A DNA stretch of 17,828 bases. Source: Octopus sinensis (lineage: Eukaryota). Location: contig NW_021824639.1 of assembly GCF_006345805.1 (NCBI RefSeq), positions 1-17,828 on the forward strand. Direction: 5' to 3'. The notes under the pieces were generated by a model. The model was given only the letters and a program-made list of their open reading frames with translations. It was not told the DNA's origin and did no database searches. The stretch's first letter is position 1. Each line of letters starts with the position of its first letter. Shown here in pieces: positions 9,815 through 17,828 of this stretch. A program made the translations under genes and the position numbers.

Positions 9815-9837
9815 CATTTTGTCGTCTGTGTGTGTGT
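9739..9837. repeat. Interrupted (GT)n microsatellite
   Basis: Read directly from the sequence. Confidence 0.9.
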
Positions 9838-10271
9838 AAAATAGACAAACTGACAGAGAAGACACAGAAAACAGACATTGTTTATATCGCAATTCTCACC
9901 TACCAACCCCATCCTCCATTACCATTTCCTGATCCAGTCACAATGGTAACCCTTAGTTATATTATTATGTAACAAACACTATTCTCTATTCCGTCCCCTT
10001 CCGTCCTCAAAGGCACGACCTCTCCATGGTAGAGAAGGTGATCCATCTCGAATGTTGGCCATACAAACACGGTCATCAAAATTTGAAGGAGAAATGATCT
10101 ATTCAAGACAGGAGATATTATTCTGAATTAACAATGATACTGGGTAGAAGAGAGGTTCATATGATAGACAGTAACATTTATAGTGCTGGGGCCATGATAA
10201 TAAATACATCTTGTCCATTCCATGAAGAATTCTGCCTGAAACAGCTCTCTGTCACATTTCTTTATATAATA

Positions 10272-10597
10272 CTAGCAGCATAGCCCGGCATTGCCCGGGT
10301 ATGTAAGAGCCCCTAGTAGGCAACGACTAATCCCAATCTAGTCCTTTCCCTCTAGGGAACGAAGGTGCGTGTGTAGGTTGCAATATCTTTCTTCACTCGA
10401 ATACTTCTGTGTATACGATGTTCCTAGCTGTCCCTTTGGGCGATAAAAAGGTCGAGTTGCGTCCTCTAGACAGAAGATGTGTTGCATATAAAAAGTTTAG
10501 ATTCTCGACTCCATGTCGAATTTATCGATTTTTTTCAGAACTGGGGGAACTTTTCAAAATTTTCGCTGCGTTAGTTTTGAATTATGACATTGGGCTA
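10272..10597 (-). mobile_element. Non-autonomous Helitron-like fragment (3' end)
   Basis: Minus strand ends CCCGGGCAATGCCGGG (hairpin, 10284-10299), 8 nt, CTAG|T, the canonical Helitron 3' terminus; the distal boundary is approximate. Confidence 0.7.
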
Positions 10598-10856
10598 TTC
10601 CCATATGAATAAAGCTCACTACAGATGACTGACTACTATTCAGGCAGTTGATGGTCATCTGTGTATTGTTGTAATGTCTACTTTGGTGAGAGGAACCTAC
10701 TCTGGCAGCCAGCGACCTCCCCACCTACTGGAATAGTCCATCAGACTAACACTGAACAATTTATCAACTATGCGTTGGTGTTCTGCCTCAACTGTGACAC
10801 CGATTCTTACTTCCCTTACTTCACTTTCTTCATCAAAAGATGTTTCCTTATTAATT

Positions 10857-11445
10857 CATCATCATCATCATCATCATAATGTATCGACTGTTTTCAAAGC
10901 TGGCATGGGTTCGACGCTTTGACAGAAGCTGGTCAGCTGAAAAGCTACCTGGACTCCATATCTCTTTACGCATGGTTTCGACAGTTGGACGTCCTTCCTA
11001 ATGCCACCCAATTTACATAATGTACTGCGTGCTTTTCTGCAGCACCGACACGGATATTTGTATGTGATTTTTCCGAAGCATCAGCACCCATGATCCCACA
11101 AGATTAGGATATCTCAGATGAAGAATGATACAGGGGTCATGACAGTATGCAAGGACAACGACGACTTAGCTTGGCATATCATCTCAAGTACAGCAGACTG
11201 CCAAAAGTATCGCTCCCATTTCATCCCCTCTGTGAGGCCCAACGTCTGACGGTCCTTTCTCACCACATTATTGCACGTCTTTCTGGGTCTACCCCCTCAC
11301 ACATTCCCTCCACAATGAGAGATCACCACTTCTTGATGAAGCTATCTTCATCCATATGCATCACATAACCATACCATGGTAGACTTCTCTCTTGCGCACA
11401 AAATCCGATGCCTTATATACCCTGTTTTTCTCTCCAATCCACTTA
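10857..11445 (-). mobile_element. RTE LINE 3' fragment with (ATG)n tail
   Basis: (CAT)n at 10857-10877; GCTGGCATGGGT and CATGGTTTC...GTCCTTCCTAATGC shared with the 6563 copy; minus strand reads LPWYGYVMHMDEDS, like the RTE C-terminal RLRWYGHV motif. Confidence 0.85.
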
Positions 11446-12199
11446 ATTAAAGAAACATTATTGATCTGCGTGGATATGTCTATGTGGTGTTGATTTAGTT
11501 GTTATGTCTGAAGGCCTTGCTATGTTGTTGCTGTTCTCTTTTCTGGTATAACTTATATTATTTGTGGTGTTATTCATATCTATAAGACAGTCCTTTGACG
11601 AAAATTTTATGCACATTTTGCTTTGGATGTTAATGGCAGCCAAACCGAGGCAAGGATACTAAATGCGTGGTGAGAATGAGACCCGCGATGGTTAAAATTC
11701 GCAAGCTATAAGATGTGGTTGCTATGGCAAAAAGAGTGATTTTTTGATCCCTCTATACGACGTCTCTCTGTCACTCTTTCTTCACCACATCTCTCACTGT
11801 ACATCTGTCTGTATCTATAGACAGAAAGCGATGACAACCGCAAAAGTTTAAATATTCTCGCCACAGGTCTTTTAGAACGGTGAATTAATATCGCCCACCT
11901 CCATCGCACAGTCATAACAGATATTATTAAACAGATATATTGTGTTAATTTATATATATACTGTGTGCATATGTGGTTGGATTTGGCTAAAAATATGCAC
12001 ACCTATGTTAAAAGTGCTAGCGAGTTTGTATTGGAACTTCGAATTTGCTCAATTGAAAGGCATGGACTCTAGGGCAAAATTCCTCATCTTTTAAAATGTG
12101 GCCCGCTTAGACCCGAATGAAATCGGGTTATAATACCAAAACGAGTAAAACAATAATAAACTATTTTAATTCCGAACAAGGCCGGGTATGTATTTCTAA

Positions 12200-12679
12200 T
12201 CTATCAAATGAAGAAGGCGAACGATGATACAAATTGGATTTTTATGTAAAAATATGTGTAATTGGGCCTGGAATGGGATTACAATTTAAAAGAGGGGGTA
12301 ACTTGCGGTGAGAAATTGTTTGAGAGACTTTTGGGGCGCTACTGTGGTCGTTTTGGTGTGAAAATAGGGATTTTATTGATTTTGGGGGACAATTGGGGGT
12401 TTAGATTGGACACCTTTTGCCCGATTTCAATCAAATTTTCAACATGGTAAAGTAGAAGATTTGTAATTTTTATAAATGGGAGATAGATAGATAGAGAAAG
12501 ATAAAAAGCAAGAGAAAGTGAGGGAGAGTCCGAGATAAAGGAAGAGTAAGAGAGTGGGGATGCGAGAGAGAAAGGAGAGAGGAACAAAGAGGGTGAATAT
12601 GGCGATAAGAAACAAAGGAAGCAACAGAAAGTAACAATCACACCCTCACCCACGCGTAGAGCGGGTCACCTTAAGCTAG
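12200..12679 (+). mobile_element. Non-autonomous Helitron-like element
   Basis: 3' end: GC-rich imperfect hairpin 12649-12665, 10 nt, CTAG (12676-12679)|T. Candidate 5' end A|TCTATC at 12200. The 5' end is less certain than the 3' end. Confidence 0.55.
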
Positions 12680-13183
12680 TACTTATATGTACAATACTCT
12701 TCCGTAAGTATTTCTCTTGCTATGGCCATTTGGCTTATCAAGCCAGTTGTAGAGATAGGTTCTTGTTGGTTTGTTGTCTTTCATTATTGTGACATTTCTG
12801 TCCTTATATTTTGTATATTTGACTTGATGTTATAATAACTTTATATTGTGTTTTTATTGAATAGTTTGTGACATTTGTGATTGGCAAGTAAATATTTACT
12901 CATTAAATATCATTGTTAAGCAATAACGTTGACCACTAATGTGCGTTTTGTTCAATATAATGATCATAATTTTGTCTTAATGTAGAACGTAAAGTAAAAC
13001 AAATGATAATGAAAAGTGGACTCAACTAAGAGATGATGTAAGAAATCAACGCTGTGTGATTAGTTTAATCACTGGGGAAACAAACTATGTGTAAATGTAG
13101 TTGAACTGTTGTGTAATTTGGGGCATCTTTAGTATATGTTTGTGTAATCTTTAACTCATCATTTTATATTTCATCATTTGAAG

Positions 13184-13359
13184 TACTTAAAAGATCTGAA
13201 ACTGGGAAAGAAACAAAGGTACTCTGGTGTGGTAGTTGCTTGCTACCTAGCCCACCACGGGGCCAACTTTTACTGTAAAAACAAAATTGGCAGAACACCA
13301 TTGGACCTAATAGAAAAGGAAAATTTAAAAAAGACGTTAAAGACGTTATTCTCACCGCA
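13184..13359 (+). CDS. Internal exon (phase 0-2) with the last ankyrin repeat of the ANK-RING gene
   Basis: AG at 13182-13183; GTAAGT at 13360; YLKDLKLGKKQRYSGVVVACYLAHHGANFYCKNKIGRTPLDLIEKENLKKTLKTLFSP; in frame with the upstream exon. Confidence 0.88.
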
Positions 13360-13894
13360 GTAAGTATTCACTGGCAATGACAAGATAAACCATTACATTT
13401 TCTGTTTTGTATATAACCGTGTTTATATGTTTATATTGTTTTAATTCTACTGATACATTATACTGTCTTAGTGGCTTAAGGAAAGGTTAGACAACAGCAG
13501 TAAGAAGAACAATAAACAATATGCAGATGTTAAGATAATTAAAAGAAAGAACATTATTTTGATTACATTCAAATGATTGGTTGAGTTGACTTTTATACCT
13601 CTCCTAAAATCCCCACCCACCCCTCTCAGTTCCCTATTTTAAAGATAAGGGACTAATGAGAAAATGTAGAAGTAAATAGTGAAGTGATGGAATTTATCTC
13701 TCTACCAACAGATTATTCCTCTGTCTTCTCTGTCCCAGCCAGTCATGTCCATGTGAGCTATCCTGAGAAAATCGCCTACAAACACATACAATTAGTGTAC
13801 ATACATGAATACATACATACATATGTATTTATACATGCATACATAGATACATACATGTATATATATATATTATATACATATATATACATATATA

Positions 13895-14295
13895 GGCGCA
13901 GGAGTGGCTGTGTGGTAAGAAGCTTGTTTACCAACCACATGGTTCCGGGTTCAGTCCCACTGTGTGGCACCTTGGGCAAGTGTCTTCTACTATAGCCGAC
14001 CAAAGCCTTGTGAGTGGATTTGGTAGACGGAAACTGAAAGAAGCCCGTCGTATATATGTATATATATGTATGTGTGTGTATGTTTGTGTGTCTGTGTTTG
14101 TCCCCCTAGCATTGCTTGACAACCAATGCTGGTGTGTTTATGTCCCCGTCACTTAGCGGTTCGGCAAAAGAGACCGATAGAATAAGTACTGGGCTTACAA
14201 AGAATAAGTCCCGGGGTCGAGTTACTCGATTAAAGGCGGTGCACCAGCATGGCCGCAGTCAAAATGACTGAAACAAGTAAAAAAGAAAAAGAGAA

Positions 14296-14297
<2 letters not shown>
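13895..14297 (+). mobile_element. tRNA-derived SINE (octopus-type), apparently full length
   Basis: Pol III A box TGGCTGTGTGG 13905-13915 and B box GGTTCAGTCC 13948-13957; CORE-like CCTTGGGCAAGT segment; internal TA/TG repeat; A-rich tail; flanked by TA repeats. Confidence 0.88.
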
Positions 14298-14365
<68 letters not shown>

Positions 14366-14389
14366 TATATATATATTATATATATAATA
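14298..14389. repeat. (TA)n microsatellite
   Basis: Read directly from the sequence. Confidence 0.95.
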
Positions 14390-15849
14390 TATGGGGGGAG
14401 GAATAAATATTCGTAATGTCAAAATTCTTTATTTAATTTCTAATGAACATAAATGGGATATACACATTATATATTTGCATACATATGCATAAACTAAGAA
14501 TATGCAAAAGAAACTAATAAATATAGTAACTAATGAATTTATATACAATTATAAATATTTAGGGGTGAAAAAAGTATTCGTCCAGAATAAATGTATGATT
14601 TTCTATGCCACAAAATACTGTTAGAATATTTTTTTACTAGAAATTTCTTGTTTATTCCATAATCTTATCAGTTTTCATTTTGATGTCAAAACACTAGCTT
14701 CTTCATTCAGCACTGAGACAACATAAAGTGATATCGCAATAATGGCGAAAAGTAAAGAACTCACAAATTCAGTGAAAAACTTATTATTGAACTGTAGAAA
14801 GTAGGTAAAAGTTACAGGAAAATATCAGAGACACTTTGTATTCCGCTTACTACCATATCTTCATTTATTCAAAGATATAAGGAATCGGGAACTGTTGAAA
14901 ACAGAATAAGATCCGGAGCACCACGCAAGATTTCCCCAAGATCTTTAAGAAAAATGAAGAGAAGAATCGGAAAAAAACGCAATAATCACCAGAAAGGAGT
15001 TTTCATAGAATGAACTGAAGTCACGCTCTCCTAGAAAAACTCCTCTGTTGACTAAAAGGCATAGAGATGCCCGTTTAAAATTTGTTATGAACATAAGATA
15101 AATCTGATACATTCTGGGAAAATGTTCTATGGACAGACGAGACAAAAATTGAATTGTTTGGACGAAATTCGCTTACCCATGTTTGGAGTAAAAACACAAT
15201 TCCTACCGTAAAGATTGGAGGTGTGGGGTGTTGTCTCTGCAAATGGTACTGGCAATTACATGTGATAGATGGTAGAATGAATGCAGAGATGTACCAAAAT
15301 ATTTTGAACAATAATTTATGGGACTCTGTTGAAAAGCTCCAGCTTTGTGAAGGGTGGGTTTTACAACAGGGTAACGGCCCTAAGCACACGGTGAAGTCTA
15401 CCAAATATGGATTGTCAATCACAATATAAAATTATTGTAATGGCCAAGCCTGTCACCTGACTTGAACCCCATTGAAGAGCCCCAACATGCATTACAGATT
15501 TGAAGATAATTTGTCAAGAAGAATAGGAAAAAATTCCTAAAGAAACATGCGAGTCATTGGTGAAGAACTACTAGAAGATACTGGTTGAAGTGGAACTGAA
15601 TAATGGTTATGCTACGAAGTATCAAATCAAAATTATCAGTTATTTATATTCTGTACGAATACTTTTTTCACTCCTAAATATTTATAATTGTATATAAATT
15701 CCTTAGTTACTATAATTTATTAGTTTCTTTTGCATATTCTTAGTTTATGCATATGTAAGTGAATATAGTATTGGTATATCCCATTTATGTTCATTAGAAA
15801 TTAAATAAATAAAGAATTTTGACATTACGAATATTTATTTCCCCCCGTG
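14390..15849 (+). mobile_element. Tc1-family DNA transposon with ~200 bp IR/DR-type TIRs, TA-flanked
   Basis: TIRs ~14390-14592 and ~15642-15849 (GGGGGG..AATAAATATTCGTAATGTCAAAATTCTTT and its reverse complement); TA on both sides; transposase remnant inside. Confidence 0.95.
14742..15624 (+). pseudogene. Decayed Tc1 transposase
   Basis: MAKSKEL; GKSYRKISETL (HTH); RSGAPRKISPR; RKTPLLTKRHRDARLKF; VLWTDETKIELFG (D1); LQQGNGPKHT (D2 mutated); WPSLSPDLNPIE (E); GYATKY. Contains frameshifts, stops and internal deletions. Confidence 0.92.
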
Positions 15850-15986
<137 letters not shown>

Positions 15987-16160
15987 GGGAGAGTTTACGA
16001 AAAAAACAAAAGACGATGACAGGTGGTGTTGAAGGAATAGAAAAAGTCTTTTAAGTTTCGAGCCTTCGCTCTTCTACAGAAAGGGACACGGAAAAAAAAA
16101 ACAAGGATAGAAACAAGGAGAGAAAAAAATGTGTGTAGCGGCTAACAATCTATCATGGCG
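15987..16160 (-). mobile_element. Short interspersed repeat embedded in TA/CA microsatellite, with a hammerhead-like motif (Penelope pLTR-like)
   Basis: Complex sequence island between microsatellites; minus strand 16083-16048 has the layout of a minimal hammerhead. Confidence 0.5.
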
Positions 16161-16170
16161 ACTGACTCGG

Positions 16171-16171
<1 letters not shown>

Positions 16172-16242
<71 letters not shown>
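16172..16242. repeat. (CA)n-(TA)n microsatellite
   Basis: Read directly from the sequence. Confidence 0.93.
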
Positions 16243-16244
<2 letters not shown>

Positions 16245-16344
16245 TGAATTATATTTCTGGAATATATGTTGTTCACTTTGCGTAAATCAGTTTTTGTGAT
16301 GTATCAATGTCATGACATATACTTATTAATATTTGTGTCCATTT

Positions 16345-16412
16345 ATATATATATATGTGTGTGTATGTGTGTGTGTGTGTGTGTATGTGTCTGTGTCTGT
16401 GTGTCTGTGTCT
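16345..16412. repeat. (TA)n-(TG)n-(TGTGTC)-like compound microsatellite
   Basis: Read directly from the sequence. Confidence 0.9.
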
Positions 16413-16557
16413 GCATTTATATACTCACAAATTCGCCCATATGTAATTGTTTAATTGTGGTCTCGCATAATGTTCTCTACTGTAAATATGCACACAATGT
16501 AATATTTGTTATAAATGAATGTTATTAATGGGATGTGTTCATGTCTTTGTTCCTCAG

Positions 16558-16700
16558 ATGTGTGTTTTGTGAAGACGAAGTGGCCACAGAGACGTTCTTT
16601 CCATGTAAACATCTTTCGCTGTGTAAGAAATGCTGTCCCCCAAAGATACCTAAACAATGCCTCAAGTGTGGACAGAATATAACGAGCAAAAATAGTTTGG
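16558..16700 (+). CDS. Internal exon (phase 2-1) encoding a C3HC4 RING finger (MIB/IAP type)
   Basis: Acceptor TCTTTGTTCCTCAG; donor GTAAGA at 16701; CA|A gives Gln, then CVFCEDEVATETFFPCKHLSLCKKCCPPKIPKQCLKCGQNITSKNSL. Confidence 0.92.
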
Positions 16701-17265
16701 GTAAGATCTGTCTGTTTGTCTCTTGGGCTTTATGGTGTGGAATATTGTATTTCATGTTGTGTAGATCCAGTTCTGCCTTAATCAAGCACACTTTTGATAA
16801 AAGATGTTCCAGGTGTATTTTCTCTGTCATATTATGTCTCTCACTACTCCCACTAAACTTTGTTCTTGTCCAATTAGAAGACTTGTCACACTTCAAGATG
16901 GTTACTTTCTGCAACATAAAATTATAAAGAATACTGAATTATAAATGGTGACTAAATACCAATAAATCACCAAGAGAGAATCCTTGTTGATTAGGTGATA
17001 TTAAATTAGATAATTTCAGAATTGTTAGAATTGCTGGATGCCTTAAGAGACAGAGAAGGGTGTTAAGTGTAGTTTATGCTGTTGTGGACCTATTTTGAAT
17101 CGTTACATAGTAATACTCAAGAAATTATACAAATGCTCTCCAAAAGCATGATGGTCACCAGTTGACCAATGATGATAGGATTGTCTAACAATAATAAAAT
17201 ATCGATTATTAATAATGATAAAGAACTTTTTCTCAGTGTTTAAAACATGAAATTGTTTATTTCAG

Positions 17266-17316
17266 AGGGTCCAAAGTGGTCAAAGCCGGAAATCCAGATG
17301 TTAGCAGAACCACCTG
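17266..17316 (+). CDS. 51-nt internal exon (phase 1-1) after the RING
   Basis: Acceptor TTGTTTATTTCAG; donor GTGAGT at 17317; open in the phase left by the RING exon: (E)GPKWSKPEIQMLAEPP. Confidence 0.72.
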
Positions 17317-17416
17317 GTGAGTAGAAATAACTGTACCTAATTATGTAAGACATAAGAAGCAAGGGTTGGTTTCCCGGTTCCCCCGAGGTATATATCTTCC
17401 ATGAACAGGACGGTAG

Positions 17417-17828
17417 TCATATCATTATCATCATCATTATTTATCGTTCACTGTCCATGCTAGCATGAGTTGGACGGTTCAAGGGGTCTGGGAAGCCAGA
17501 AGGCTGCACCAGGCCAGTCTGATCTGGCAAGTTTCTACGGTTGGATGCCCTTCCTAACGCCAACCACTCCGTGAGTGTAGTGGGTGCTTTTTACGTGCCA
17601 CCGGCACGGTGCCAGACGAGGCTGGCAAACGGTCACAATTGGAAGTGCTTTTTAAGTGCCATCGGCACAGAGGCCAGTCGGGCGGCATGGTAACGGCCAC
17701 GTTCGGATGGTTCTTTTACGTACCCCGGCACGGGGGTCAAGCGAGGCTGGCAACGGCCACGTTCGGATGGTTCTTTTACGTACCACCGGCACTGGTATCA
17801 CAGCTACAATTTCCATTGATGTTGATCG
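17417..17828 (-). mobile_element. RTE LINE 3' UTR with (ATG)n tail and internal ~60 bp tandem repeat; runs off the window
   Basis: (CAT)n at 17417-17437; GTCCATGCTAGCATGAGTTGGACGG and GTTTCTACGGTTGGATGCCCTTCCTAACGCCAACCAC are homologous to the other two RTE ends. Confidence 0.85.

Noticed and set aside
10621-10662. Hairpin ACAGATGAC...GTCATCTGT as a miRNA or MITE
   Set aside because: Only a 9-bp perfect stem, too short, with no TSD or second copy in the window
13895-13965. tRNA gene
   Set aside because: A and B boxes are present but no convincing cloverleaf; it continues into a SINE body and tail
16535-16927. 130-aa single-exon RING protein
   Set aside because: Only 16558-16700 is bounded by strong splice sites and in phase with neighbouring exons; the rest is intron read-through

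Overview
AT-rich, microsatellite-dense animal genomic DNA; the repeat content (tRNA-headed SINE, RTE 3' ends with (ATG)n tails) looks cephalopod/Octopus-like (inference from recognition, not a search). Four in-frame spliced exons on the + strand (9502-9714, 13184-13359, 16558-16700, 17266-17316) encode part of an ankyrin-repeat + C3HC4 RING protein (Mind-bomb-like E3 ligase family); its start and stop lie outside the window. The rest is mostly transposon-derived: a head-to-tail array of three Tx1-type (L1 clade) LINEs, each bounded by TATC-type microsatellite (18-6228); three antisense RTE LINE fragments, one with a PHD-like finger inside its RT; a ~440 bp foldback; Helitron-like ends; a SINE; an IR/DR-type Tc1 element; and degenerate hammerhead-like motifs. 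The most notable observation is a structure in the Tx1 3' UTR with three compensatory base-pair changes between two subfamilies. It resembles a MALAT1/PAN-type ENE triple helix (U-rich internal loop plus downstream AAAAGAAAA tract). All alignments were done by eye.
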